Part shown: piece by piece, positions 23,905 to 36,170 of the stretch
How positions within the stretch are numbered: the first letter of the stretch is position 1
How the letters are laid out: the number at the start of each line of letters is the position of its first letter
Origin: Camelus ferus
Taxonomy: Eukaryota
DNA length: 64,000 bases
Assembly (NCBI RefSeq): GCF_009834535.1
Contig: NC_045697.1
Coordinates: 91,018,001-91,082,000, forward strand
Direction: 5' to 3'
Position numbers and translations under genes: made by a program
The notes under the pieces: generated by a model
Told to the model about the DNA's origin: nothing
Databases searched by the model: none
The model's input: the letters and a program-made list of their open reading frames with translations, nothing else

Positions 23905-24035
23905 TATCTAATGTCTGTTTCCCTCACTGAACTGTAAGCTCTGAGAATCAGGTCTTATCTTTTTGCTAATCCCTCTTTCCTGTGACTGGCTAAAATTCTG
24001 GCACATACAAGGCCCTTAATAAATATTTGAGAGTT
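23905..24035 (+). mobile_element. L2 3' end
   Basis: GAACTGTAAGCTCTGAG...CTGGCACATACAAGGCCCTTAATAAATATTTGA. Confidence 0.65.
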
Positions 24036-24069
24036 AAAAAAAACTGATCTTTACTTCGAGTGTTAGCTC

Positions 24070-24195
24070 AAAGGTTTTCAACTTTTCTGCCCATCAGAAT
24101 CACCTGTGGTCAGGATTCTCATTCAGTAGTCTGGGGTAGGGCTGGGAATGTGGGTCCGAAAGCTCTTGTGTTATTCTGATTTGAGGACTGCTATC
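24070..24195. mobile_element. MER5-like hAT relic
   Basis: CATCAGAATCACCTG...GATTCTCATTCAGTAGTCTGGGGTAGGGC. Confidence 0.6.
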
Positions 24196-24221
24196 CAGTT
24201 GTTCCTGCCCTGTACATAACT

Positions 24222-24312
24222 TTTTTTTTAATGAAAGGATTGGGAATTGAACCAAGGACTTCATGCATGCAAAGCATGCACTCTGCCATTGAGCTATATA
24301 TACTCTCCTCTG
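24222..24312 (-). mobile_element. tRNA-Ala-derived SINE, camelid vic-1 type (not a functional tRNA)
   Basis: The minus strand reads ATAGCTCAATGGCAGAGTGCATGCTTTGCATGCATGAAGTCCTTGGTTCAATTCCCA followed by an A-tail. It resembles tRNA-Ala(TGC) with A and B boxes. TSD TGTACATAACT (24211-24221) versus TGTATATAACT (24313-24323). Confidence 0.85.
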
Positions 24313-25300
24313 TGTATATAACTGTTTCATCTTGCTTCTCTGGACTTTTGGGCCTGTGGGTCCTCAGCTGCTTGAGTCTGGGCAAACATTTCCTGCTTCC
24401 TGAGCCTGCCACTGAATTCCTTCAATGTGACCAGGACTCCTTCATACCCTCCTCTTCCTGTTCCTCTTCTTATGAGCATCTCTTCCTATCATCCCACCCT
24501 ATCGGAGAGGGAGATGTTCCCAGAGATGCCTTCACCTGTTGGTCCTGGGAGGACACCTGCCAAGACACCTGCAACATAACAAGATCTTGGTCACCACTCT
24601 CAGGAGTCAGCTTCTTCTGAAGGCTGGTATTCAGGGCCATCGTTGATGGATGCCACTTACTTCAGTTACACTTGAGCAGATACTTAAATACACACTGATG
24701 CTGGAATAGAGATCACCCGAGAGTTGATGAGAGCCTTTCTCTTACAATAGAGGCTTGTAACATGGCCTCCTGAGAAAATCTGTTTTCTATGTTTTTGAGA
24801 AGGAAATAAACATGTATCATGATGACATTGGAAGAGAATAACTTCTTTTTAACTGGAAAAATTTATTTGAAAAATACACAACGGGAAAATGATTAACTTT
24901 CTTAATATAAAATAAGCAATTAAACATCAATAAAAAACCAATTTTATACATTTTTAAAAATGTTCAACCTCACTATTATTAAAGAAATATTTAAATGAGA
25001 TATTACTTTCATACATCAAGTTGACAAAGATAATAGTAATGATGATGTAAAAATGATCATACTTCCTATGTACTGTTATGGAGGAGAATAACCTTCAGTA
25101 AAGAGGAGTCCTTCTGGTATGTGGTTTGGCATTGCTACAGTAGTATAGGTAGTAGAAAGAGCTTGGGCCTTGGAGTCAGATGGCCCTGTACAAACCCCCA
25201 AACCTGAGTGTGCCCTCATTCAGTGTGTTCGTGGACAAATCAGTTAACCTCTTTGAGTCTTAATTTCCTTATCTACAAGGCTGGAGAATAATCTTGACTT

Positions 25301-25746
25301 TGTAAGGATTCAAAACAAGCCTCCCCCAGATGTGCCCTTTTGCATGAGGATTATTTTGAGTTAAAGGTAATTGAGACCTGTGGGTTCAAGAGAAACTGCT
25401 GCCTCTCTCTTAACTACCTAGAATAATTAAAATCAGGATTCTTCTCAGAAAACAGTTGTTATTACTAGGGATAAATTTTATCTATAGCCAGGACAAATAT
25501 CTAATTACCAAGCTTCAGGCCTCTATCCCATTCTTTAGCTCAGAATGGCACCTGTACCTCATTTTTCCTTTCCATCTTTGAACCTCTCATGTATGTGGAG
25601 TCTCAGACTCTCTCACATACATGGGGTTCCTGTGTGTACAAATTTAAATTTGATTTTCTCCTATTAATCTGTCTCATGTCAATTTAATTATTAGACCAGC
25701 CAGAAGACCCTAGTAGGGAAGAGGAAAGTTTTCTTCTTTCCCAACA
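25301..25746 (+). mobile_element. ERV1 solo LTR, MER34-like, inserted in a MIR (~25140-25770)
   Basis: TG...CA termini, GCATGAGGATTATTTTGAGTTAAAGGTAATTGAG near the start, and 4-bp flanks ACTT/ATTT. The MIR core resumes after the LTR. Confidence 0.75.
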
Positions 25747-25875
25747 ATTTCGCAGAGTTATGAAATAACCCTGCTCTGGGTAGACTGCATTTAAATAGTG
25801 ATAAAGTCATCAACTTATATTCAGATATCACTATAAGAAGCAGAGTTTGAAACTTGTATTTGAAATTGTATTTTA

Positions 25876-27314
25876 TTTTAAAATTTTTTATTGATATATA
25901 ATCGTTTTATAATGTTGTGTCAAATTCCAGTGTACAGCACAATTTTTCAGTTATACATGAACATGTATATATTCATTGTCACATTTTTTTCTCTGTGAGC
26001 TACCATAAGATCTTGTGTATATTTCCCTGTGCGATACAGTATAATCTTGTTTATCTGTTCTACATTTTGAAATCCCAGTCTGTTCCTTCCCACCCCCTGC
26101 CCCCTTGGCAACCACAAGTTTGTATTCTATGTCTATGAGTCTATTTCTGTTTTGTATTTATGCTTTGTTTTTTTGTTTTTTTTTTAGATTCCACATATGA
26201 GCAATCTCATATGGTATTTTTCTTTCTCTTTCTGGCTTACTTCACTTAGAATGACAGTCTCCAGGAGCATCCATGTTGCTGCAAGTGGCGTCATGTTGTT
26301 AGTTTTTATGTCTGAGTAGTATTCCATTGCATAAATATACCACCTCTTCTTTATCCAGTCATCTGTTGATGGACATTTAGGCTGTCTCCATGTCTTGGCT
26401 ATTTGTAAATAGTGCTGCTATGAACATTGGTGTGCAGGTGTCACCCTGAAGTAGGGTTCCTTCTGGATATATGCCCAGGAGTGGGATTCCTGGGTCATAC
26501 GGTAAGCCTATTCCTAGTCTTTTGAGGAATCTCCATACTGTTTTCCACAGTGGCTGCACCAAACTGCATTCCCACCAGCAGTGTAGGAGGGTTCCTTTTT
26601 CTCCACAGACTCTCCAGCATTTGTCATTTGTGGACTTTTGAATGATGGCCATTCTGACTGATGTGAGGTGATACCTCATTGTAGTTTTGATTTGCATTTC
26701 TCTGATAATTAGTGATATTGAGCATTTTTTCATGTGTCTATTGATCATTTGTATATCTTCCTTGGAGAATTGCTTGTTTAGGTCTTTTGCCCATTTTTGG
26801 ATTGGGTTGTTTGTTTTTTTCTTATTAAGTCGTATGAGCTGCTTATATATTCTGGAGATCAAGCCTTTGTCGGTTTCATTTGCAAAATTTTTCTCCCATT
26901 CCGTAGGTTGTTGCTTTGTTTTACTTCTGGTTTCCTTTGCTGTGCAGAAGCTTGTAAGTTTCATTAGGTTCCATTTGTTTATTCTTGCTTTTATTTCTAT
27001 TACTTGAGTAGACTGTTCTAGGAGAACATTTTTGAGATGTATGTCAGATAATGTTTTGCCTATATTTTCTTCTAGGAGGTTTATTGTATCTTGTCTTATG
27101 TTTAAGTCTTTGACCCATTTTGAGTTTTTTTTGTGTATGGTGTAAGGGAGTGTTCTAGCTTCATTGCTGTACATGCTGCTGTCCAGTTTTCCCAACACCA
27201 TTTGCTGAAGAGACTGTCTTTATTCCATTGTATATTCTTGCCTCCTTTGTTGAAGATTAGTTGACCAAAAGTTTGTGGGTTCATTTCTGGGCTCTCTATT
27301 CTGTTCCATTGGTC
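25876..27314 (-). mobile_element. 5'-truncated young L1, same family as 1-2915
   Basis: Contains the ORF2 3' part and 3'UTR. TSD TTGAAATTGTATTTTA (25860-25875) versus TTGAAATTCTATTTTA (27315-27330), one mismatch. Confidence 0.95.
26185..27314 (-). pseudogene. L1 ORF2p C-terminal portion including the Cys-rich motif, frameshifted
   Basis: [38 protein letters not shown] and [18 protein letters not shown] (CX3CX7HX4C) are present. Frameshifts lie near 27125 and 26400. Confidence 0.93.
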
Positions 27315-27679
27315 TTGAAATTCTATTTTAGGGATGTTGTAGATGAGGAAGTAGTTTTGTCCATCATGCAGTATTCCTCTCTATTGGAGAAATTCTTATT
27401 TGGTCTTAACACCAAGAACAATTTCACTTCTCGTGCTGTGCTTTAATCTTATGGATTTGGTGATTTGTATAACTCACTGGTTTCCCTTCTTTGAACTAGC
27501 TGCTAGAAAGCTTAGAGCCAAATGTCTGGTCCATCACTATCAAGTGTGGACACATCATTATGTGTGTGTGCAGTTTTGGCTTCATGCCTGGCTCCATTTA
27601 GACACTTGTCATTTTTTTTCAAATTTGCTCTCAATTTTCATTTATGTTATTGTGTTTTAAGTACTCCTCTAAGCTGCTT

Positions 27680-27786
27680 TTTTTTTTAAAATAGACTTTA
27701 TTTTTTAAGAGCTGTTTCAGATTTATAGCAGAATTGAGCAGAAAATACAGAGTTCCCACATAGCCCTCCCCCCCAACACATATATA
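27680..27786 (-). mobile_element. L1MC1-like 3' tip with perfect 13-bp TSD
   Basis: ATAGACTTTATTTTTTAAGAGCTGTTTCAGATTTATAGCAGAATTGAGCAGAAAATACAGAGTTCCCACATA. CTCTAAGCTGCTT occurs at 27667-27679 and 27787-27799. Confidence 0.8.
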
Positions 27787-29179
27787 CTCTAAGCTGCTTG
27801 TTAAGCCTTTCTGAAATGAGACACGATAAAAAAATTTATTACTAGAGAAAGGGATAAACACATTTAAAGCAGTTTTCACAATGCCTGGCCAATAGTAGGT
27901 ACATAACGTAAAAGTTTTGTTTACTTGTAAACAAGTTGAACTATTCTTTGTGGATCCAAGTTGGTCCCTCATGGATTATATTAGAAATGGTGTGGAAAGT
28001 GATTTTTACCATAGACAAGTTTCCCAAACTGGAAAGGTATTACTGGATTAGGTAGTAGTAGATACAACTCTGAAATCAAGGTGAGAGCCCAAATGGTCCA
28101 GTCTCTGCATGGAATTCCCTATGAATAAGCCCACTCTAGACCAAAAGTAATTTTAAAGTGATTTCGATCTTTACTTGGGTCTCTCATAGGACATTAAAGG
28201 GGAACTTGTTCTTACCTGCCAGCCACATACCATAAAATCTTGCTTCTTTTCCTTTCTAATTCTCTTTCACTCACTACCTCCCAACATATCCACTGACAAC
28301 TAGACTTACCCCCTCTGACACCCCACCTCCCCGCTTGTTAGCATGTAGAATGACCAAGCTTATCCGAGTGGTCTCCCTTTTTTTTCTCACTCCTCTCTAC
28401 TACTTCATTCCCACTACTCATTCTCTGATTCTGTATCATAATAGATTTATGAACTAAGCTGACAAAGACAATTTTTCTGCTTGCAGGTGGGTTGGGGAGT
28501 TCTCACATGTTAATAAATCTTCTCTGTCATCTAGGAAATGAAGGGTGATTAATGTGCAGTAGAAGAGGAGAGAACTTTGGAATGTGGCTTTACCTCAGGA
28601 ATACACTCAGGCATGTTGGGGCAGAGGTCAGAGCTTGGTTCTTCTGGTCCTGCCTTTACTGAAGCTTCTCTTGCCCCATGATAAGGGACTTTATAACATC
28701 TGTAACTTGAAAGTAGGATTGTGATGCTGAAGGTATTAGTGCAGAGTAAGGGGATAATGACAGGGAATAAATGATCCATCCCACTCTTAGTTTCCTGTGG
28801 ATTGTGTGTGAGTGGCCACCCAGGCTTACCTCCCTCTAGGTGAAGCAGGCAGAAAGGACACAGTCTCAGATTCATTATACCCAATTTGCTAATGGAAAAT
28901 GGAGGCATCCACACACTAGTTAGTTATTATCTCGCTCTGAGAAATCCAGTAAATGGTATGTTAATTTATTGTAAACCTATTGCTTATATATCTGTTACAT
29001 CAGGGTACCTAATCCAGTTTCCGATTTAAGGATCACAGTTGAAGAGGACTAGAACCAGAGCTCGGCTAAGACAGAAAATTAAGCCACAAAAATATTGACC
29101 CAGTACCACAGAGTTAGTTAATTAATATGACATTTTGAATTGAACTGATGGCTTTTCCCCCTGATTTTAGATCACATTC

Positions 29180-29450
29180 TTTTCTTCAGCGAATATTTGC
29201 TGAGTACCTACTTGCCAATTCTGCTAAGTGCTGATAACATTAAGATGATAGGGCACTGGCCTTTGCTCTCCAGGAGCTGTAGTATAGATAGCAAGGGAGA
29301 CTGGTGTAAGAGGGACAATTGGAACACAAAGTGTTCAGTGCCGTAACTGAGGTATAAACAGAATGTCATGGGAACCAAGAAGAAGGAGAGACTAACTTGA
29401 CCTGGGAGAGTCAAGGAGGAGGGAACACTGGAGTTGAGATTTAAGGGTTT
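29180..29450 (-). mobile_element. L2 3' fragment
   Basis: TTCAGCGAATATTTGCTGAGTACCTACTTGCCA...TGCTCTCCAGGAGCT. Confidence 0.65.
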
Positions 29451-30519
29451 TGCTCATTTGTTGGGACTATACTTACTCGATTTTAGTTTGCTCACACTGC
29501 CTTATAAATATTAGAAAATATCTTCTGGCCAAAAATGGCCTCCGCATTTGGTCTTTTGGTTCTGAAATTAGTAGTAGACCCAGTAGTATCCCTGGAATGT
29601 TCTTCTGAGCTGAAGACTTTAAAAGATGTCATACATAGGGACAAGCCAAATCCTCCGGGTTTAGCAGATAAATGCTCTGGGACTTTGTTAATGGGGATTA
29701 TGGGAGACTTTCACTTGGGCCACTCAGTATTTACTTCCTGTGGCAATAAAACTATGTAAAATATATGCTGACTGGGAAAGATGGCCATTCTGAAGCGTGA
29801 ATATAGAGCTCTGGGTCTGGGCCGAATGGACAGAAGTTGTTGTTGCTGGAGATGTTGGGAATGACATGGGCTCAACATCTTCCACATCTTCAAGCAGGAG
29901 AAGGTTGTTGGGTCACAGCTTGAAACTGGAGGTCTTGCTTGGTGCTGGCATCAGAATCACCAGCAGGGAGGGCAGCACAGTGGCCCTCTCTCTCTGTGGC
30001 CTTTCTTAGCACTCCAACACATTTCTTTCCATTCTTTAGAAACAAATTCTGATTTAGAGCTTTATACTTCTTTAGCGTTTGTTATAAAAGTGACCATTAA
30101 ATATGGAGTTTTAGTGACTAAAACAGTTGGAGACCACAGCCAGGCTGACAGCTTTAGGAGAGTTTATTTTCAATTTTTTTCTCCAGCCTGGCTTCAGCTT
30201 TAAATTTGATTGTAGTAATCCTAACAAAGATCCTCCTTGCCCTGAGCTGAAAGCACAGTGCAGACCTGGACTCTTTTGGGGACTTTATTTATGACAGAAG
30301 CCCATACCATTTTAGAGCTTTCATCTTCCATGTTGTTCAGCATTTTATGGGTCTCCGTTTTTGTAGCATTTCAGAAACCATGGTTCAAAACAATATGAAT
30401 TCTCTAGGGTGCTAGAAAGATCTTTAGGAAAAGCAGGTCCCCTCTCCAAAGCCCCCCTCTTTTGTGTACATTGGTGTGGCTCTCATTGTATTAATACTGG
30501 AATATACAGTAAAGTAGGT

Positions 30520-30745
30520 TAGTTAAGGTATTAGTTCTAGAACCTTATTATCTGGGTATATTTCACAGCCTAGCGGTTTACCAGCTATGTACCCCTCACT
30601 AAACATTTCTGTGCTGCAGTTTTCCCAATTATGAAGAGAGAACCTCAGAGGAAGGTTGGGAGGATTCATCGAGTTAGAATACTTAAGTGCTTAGAACAGT
30701 TCTTTGCAGCAGCAAGTGCTCAACACATGTGAGCTGCTGTTATTA
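30520..30745 (+). mobile_element. MIR SINE
   Basis: TCTGTGCTGCAGTTTTCCCA...AAGTGCTTAGAACAG...AAGTGCTCAAC. Confidence 0.6.
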
Positions 30746-31564
30746 GCCCCGAAGTTCGTGAAGTTGCCTGTAATGGATGTGACCAAATGGTCTTGTAGCC
30801 ATCAAATTATTCCACCTTGGTTGGTCTGCATGTATGTACTTGCTAATGGTATGGTTAGGAGATTTTAAACTCTAGACAACTATACTCAATTGTTAACTAC
30901 TTAGAGTTATAATTTCTTAGAGACACTAGGAGGCAGAGTAACTTAGAGCATTGGGGTTGTTGATTTTGAGCTGTTAAGAGCAGTGGCATTGGAATCAGAC
31001 AGCCTGGTCAGACAGCCGGTGGCTGAGTTGTACCAGTTCTGTTACTCATGTAATCTCCTGGTGGTTTGGTTTCCTCATCTGTACAATGGCGCTCATTCCT
31101 CACAAGATCGTTGTAAGGACAATGACTATGAATGTTTGGAACACATACCAAATACAACAATTGTTGAGGGGAAGGAGAGGAGGGATTGATTGATTATGAG
31201 TCAGGTCTGTTTATGATTAGTTTCCTGGTAACAAGTGATGGAGATGGGGGTTTGCTCAGGACGGCAAGCATTGGACAGCCAAGGGGGAAATCCTCACTCC
31301 TTTCAAACTTTAAAAATGTTGAGAGAAATTGCAAAAATCAGAAGGGCAAATGGCAATGTGTTGCTGTCAGTATTTTAAGTATAAGTGTGGACAGTTTAGT
31401 TCAGATGAATCATTCTGGATGTGTCCCGTCTCGTCCAGGAATTCCACTTGCATAAAGTGGAGCAACAGCAGCAGAGAAAAGAAGGCAAAGGGCCCAGTCT
31501 TCCTTCTTACTCCTGGAAATAGTGGTGGTGGCTGTGCTGTCCTAGGGTTTATTCATTATTATAA

Positions 31565-31740
31565 AATTCTCAAACTGTAGTGGGTGTAAAACTCAAATTC
31601 AGAACTTGTTTAAAGGATATCTTCCAAAGCCTTATCCACAGAAATTCAGTAGGTTGTTGATGAGGCCCAGAAATCTGCTTGTTTTCAGACTTTCTCAGTG
31701 CTTTTGATGCAGGTGGTGAGACTACACTCTAAGAAAGATG
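31565..31740. mobile_element. MER5-like hAT relic
   Basis: TTCTCAAACTGTAGTG...ATTCAGTAGGT..GAGGCCCAGAAATCTGC...TGATGCAGGTGG..ACACTCTAAGAA. Confidence 0.6.
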
Positions 31741-32748
31741 ACTCTAGTGAAACTGAGCAGAGTAAATTCCCCTGCAGAAGGCAGCTGCCCATCCACTGGC
31801 ATTTTCCCCAGCATGATGGTTTTCTTCTGAAAAGGCAGAAAAAAAAATCCAGTTTTGCTTTATTTTGAGCCAAAGCAGTATTTAATAACCTATGTTATTT
31901 GTTAATTGTTTCTCACAACACTGCATGGAAGACAATATTAATTCCATTTGACACAAGAGGAATCAGGGACACAAGGAAGATCTCTTGAGCGGTGCAGTGT
32001 GGTTTGGTGCAAACATGAATTATGGACAAACACTATACAGGTCCTTCAATTTGTCCCCAGCCATCTGGGTATTGCTAAACACATCTGTTCCTGCTCCTGG
32101 AGAGGATGCTCCAGTGCTGCCACACGATTTAAATTATGTCAAGAGAGGGGGTTCCATTTGTCCACTTCTCTGGTGCGCAGGGAAGGCTCCAGGGAGCCTT
32201 GGTTCGCCATGATTGGCAGTTCATTCAGCGACTGGGTACTTAACTCTGAATTTTGATTTGGGCAGTTGCCAGGTACGACATTCTGCCAGGGCCTTCCCAG
32301 TCTGTTCTCTGCTGTTTTGCTCCTGAAGATTTACAGCTAATGAAGGGATAAAGAAAGGTCACGGCAAGAGGCGGCAGCATGTGGTGGTGACTCATGGTCT
32401 GGGCCTGGTGAGGAGCCAGTTTGGGTGGAACGCTCTTCTGGCTGCTGCGCTTGTTTTCACGTGGCTCTCTGCCATGGCCCTGCAGGAAGCAGTTGCTCGC
32501 CTGTTGCTGGTCAGAGGGGAGGCCTGGTCATTCTCCCCACCCCTGTTGTTATGGACTCGGCTCAGGCCAATGAAGCCTGTGACCATTTGACAATGAATCC
32601 CATAGGGTAGGGGCTCAGGTGCTCTCGAGACAGTGGGATGGGCCGGTCCTAGGAGGAATCAGGTCTCAGAGATCAGCTACAGACACCAACTTGAGACACG
32701 TTAACCAGCAGGGGCTGAAGGAAGTCGGGAAATGCTAGTACTGGCAGG

Positions 32749-32984
32749 CAGGGTTTCTGAACCTTGGCGCTATTGATATTTTGGACCAGATAATTCTTTG
32801 ATGTGGGGAGGACAACTGTGTGGTGTGTTGTTGGACGATTAGCGGCACTCCTGACTTCTACCCACTAGATGTCAGTAGCACGCCCATGTCTCCCCTTTGC
32901 CCTCAATTAATGCAACCAGTAAAGTCTCTAGATATTGCCAGATGTCCCCTGGAGGCAAAATAGCCCCCGACTGAGAACCATCTG
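32749..32984 (+). mobile_element. MER20 (hAT-Charlie)
   Basis: CAGGGTTTCTGAACCTTGGCGCTATTGATATTTTGGACCAGATAATTCTTTG...CTACCCACTAGATG...ATTGCCAGATGTCCCCTGG...TGAGAACCA. Confidence 0.88.
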
Positions 32985-33059
32985 GTATGGTGAATCCCAG
33001 ACGTGTGGCCAGTGTTAAGAAGATCCTTCTTCCATCATGTTTTCCTCATCCTTTTTCAT

Positions 33060-33260
33060 CATCATTGCTAAGATGTACTGAGCACTTACCATGTGACAAG
33101 TGCTCTATTTTGCATTTATTATCTCATTTAATCCACACAACATCCTGGGAGGAGGAAACTCTTATTATTGCCATTTTATGAATACGAAAACTGACGTTTA
33201 CGAGAGTAACTTGCCCAAGGTCCCACAGCTTGTCTTTGGGGCTTCAAGCCCAGGTGCAGA
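33060..33260 (-). mobile_element. MIR SINE
   Basis: TACTGAGCACTTACCATGTG...TCTCATTTAATCC...GTAACTTGCCCAAGGTCCCACAGCT. Confidence 0.75.
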
Positions 33261-34609
33261 TGCCTGTTCCTCACCCTGTTGCCGTTTGTAATGGAGCCAT
33301 AATACGGGCATCTGTGAGAAACGCTGAGATGCAGAATGAAAGCTGGAGTGCAGCATAAAGGGGGTGCCAGCTGGAGGTGGGGCCTCCACTTCAGGTCTGG
33401 GATTCAGGATTGTAACTATAAACGCTGCAGAGATAATTAAGGACTTCGATAAACTTGAATACCAGGTAGGGGATTCAGATAGAGAGCCAGCTACTGGATT
33501 TGAGATGCAGGTTGGGGCTTGGTCACAGGTGAACCTCTACCTGTGCCCAGCTGTTGTCTCTTACCCATCCATGACACCTGATCCCTAAGATATGACACCT
33601 GATGTGAGCCCGAATCTGCCTTTTTCATTTCAAAAACTATCCATTGGACTGTGATCTTCCACCCCAACCTCCATTCCTTCATTAGGGATCAGTCCTGCAT
33701 GAATCCCTGCTTCTTCACTAACCCCCAGCTGCCTTGTGCTGGGTGCACATCTATTGAAATGACTGGACAACGTGAGGTTTCCTGTCACCTCTGGCCCACT
33801 AAAGACCCTGTGACATGGCAGCTGAAGCTGGTGTGATCTCCAGTTTATATAAAATACTTATAGTTTGTGGGAACTCATGATTCTGAGTTGAGTGCCAATA
33901 GTCAGAGCCAACCCTGGGAAGGTTTACTGGGCAACAACTGCACTTTTTAAAGGCAGAGTCATAGTTTCTGGTGCCGTAACTCTATATCCTCAATATCGAG
34001 GACACCAGGTGCAGGTGAGGAAGATGTTACTTGAAACCCAAGTGAGCCCCTCCAGTGGGCCTTTTAAGGATATTTTCCCATTAATGGGGCAGAAGGCTTT
34101 TGGAGTGCACCGTTGTTTTGTAGTCTGCTAGATGCCTAGAATCAAATGGACTTTGTTTTGAAAATGACATTATCAGGAAGCACTCTGTTCAATTACACGG
34201 ACTTCTCCTCTGTCCATACCCAATTAATTAGCATGTAAACTCATGTATAAGGTGAAAACTTTGCAGAGGGAAAATTCCAACTGATTTGCCGAGGGCTTAC
34301 CTGGAGCCACCAATATTCTGGGGGCTTCTGCTCCTCATGTGCCCGGTGGGGACTGATGTCTTCGTCGAGCCTCCTCAGTGTGATAGAGTGTATCTTAAAC
34401 GGTCACCATGCTGGCTTCGGCATTCCTGCAAGACTATGAATTCATTTCTGCAATTGTCCTTTATTCTGAATTCCCTTTGCCCTTCCCTGATGGTCTCACC
34501 CTTTCTAGAGGATGCTGTAGTTGATACTTGCTGGTTCAGTGAGGTGTCATTGGAGGGATCATCATAAAACAGCAAGACTGCTCATTGGGAATTTTTTGCT
34601 TTTGCTCAC

Positions 34610-34950
34610 ATTGTTCTTACTTTTAACATGTCTTTTAAGTATTAGAAAGATAATACAAGTTTATTGAAGACATATTAGGAAATACAAATAACAAAGAAAA
34701 GGAAAAGAAAAATTACCTTGTAATCTTACAACTAAGATATAATCACTGTTAACATTTTGGTTATATCCTTGTATTTTTTGTTTTGCTTTATACAAAGGGA
34801 GAGGGATAAAAGAAGTTACCATAAGACATGTGGTGTATTCTTAGTAGAATATTCAAAATGATGCTTAAGTAAACCTTTTGATTTCTTGGCAAATGGGTCA
34901 TGAGTATTTTTGAAGATATACATGGCTTTTGGAAATATGAAATGGCATAT
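34610..34950 (-). mobile_element. Ancient L1ME-type 3' fragment
   Basis: AGATATAATCACTGTTAACATTTTGGTTATATCCTT motif. Confidence 0.5.
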
Positions 34951-34992
34951 ACCTTTCTCCTTACTGATAAAGGGTATATCTGCAAGAGACAA

Positions 34993-35002
34993 TGTGTGTG
35001 CA

Positions 35003-35045
<43 letters not shown>
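34993..35045. repeat. (TG)n microsatellite
   Basis: Read directly from the sequence. Confidence 0.95.
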
Positions 35046-35049
<4 letters not shown>

Positions 35050-35939
35050 GGAATGTCTATTGCTCCTGAAAAAGAAATTCTGTTGCTGGATTTGCTGACT
35101 CACTGCCAAACCCTGCTGCAGGCGGGGAACAGATTCTGAGTTATTCAAGCCAAACATTTGGCCCTCATGGTTTATTGGCCACTGTGACAGACTTCTCCTC
35201 ACACCTCACCTCCTCACGTCCTCCTCGTTGGCACGTGGACATAGCTGGCATTTTGTTCATTTTGCCTCCTCATCGCCTCCTATTTCTTTCAGTTACTCTT
35301 TAGCATTTCTCAAATTTATATCAGTACCACCCCAAATCCCTAATGCACAATGTTAGAAATACCCAGACACTTCCTTCCTGAGGTCACTGCAGGAATTTGC
35401 CGTCTCCTCCCAGGACTTTGTTTGTGCATGTTGTGCCTTTGCAGGGCTCCTAAGCTGGAATGAGGGGAAGGAGACGTACCCTCATTTGTTTGCAGTCACT
35501 CATGGAGGTGCTCTCTGTTTCCTTTCCTAGCCCAAAGTAAGACCAGGGCATTCAGCTGAACTCAAGTTTTGTCACACCTTGAGGCAGACAGGCTTGAGGA
35601 ATTGTATGACTTCACAGGCTAATTCCTCGCCGAATTGGGTAAAAGATAATCGTGTACAGACTGGCATGACCAATAATGCTGTCGCTGAGAGGATGTATCC
35701 TAGGATCATAATTTTAAAAAGTTAAAAAAAGAAGTGTTTAGCTCCAGTTGGCAAAGAACTAGACACAGGGAAAGATACTGTAGCATGCCTTAAAGGATCA
35801 CGAGGTATGAGGGAGACTGGAATGGCAAGGGCTTCATCTGAAGAACTTGCTTTCCAGCTCCATGGCATTTTCCCCCTCCTGCAGCCAGTTTTTTGATTAG
35901 CTGTTTGATAAGTTTGGAAAGGATCCTAAGCCAAAATGA

Positions 35940-36170
35940 GGCTAACAATAGATGCGTTCTGAGTTCCAATAATTGCCATTCTAAACACTGATCATATAAC
36001 CACTCATTTATACCTTACAAAACCCACATAGGAGGATCAGTCACCCCTATTTTACAGATGTGGAAACAGACTTTAAGAAACCTACTCAAAGTCACACAGC
36101 TGGTCTGCCACAGAACCAGCATTCAGGCTGGGAGTCTGGCTTCAGAGATCACTGCTTTGCCTCCTCTTGC
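35940..36170 (-). mobile_element. MIR SINE
   Basis: CCCTATTTTACAGATGTGGAAACAGAC...CAAAGTCACACAGCTGG. Confidence 0.75.

Noticed and set aside
24222..24312. Functional tRNA-Ala gene
   Set aside because: Stems are mismatched, and the element has an A-tail and a TSD, so it is a SINE.
29500..30040. Unique stretch with several short ORFs that looked like a decayed coding exon or processed pseudogene
   Set aside because: Every minus-strand frame I translated has stops, the plus-strand ORFs are short, no peptide is recognisable, and there is no poly-A or TSD. A tBLASTx search would be needed to revive it.
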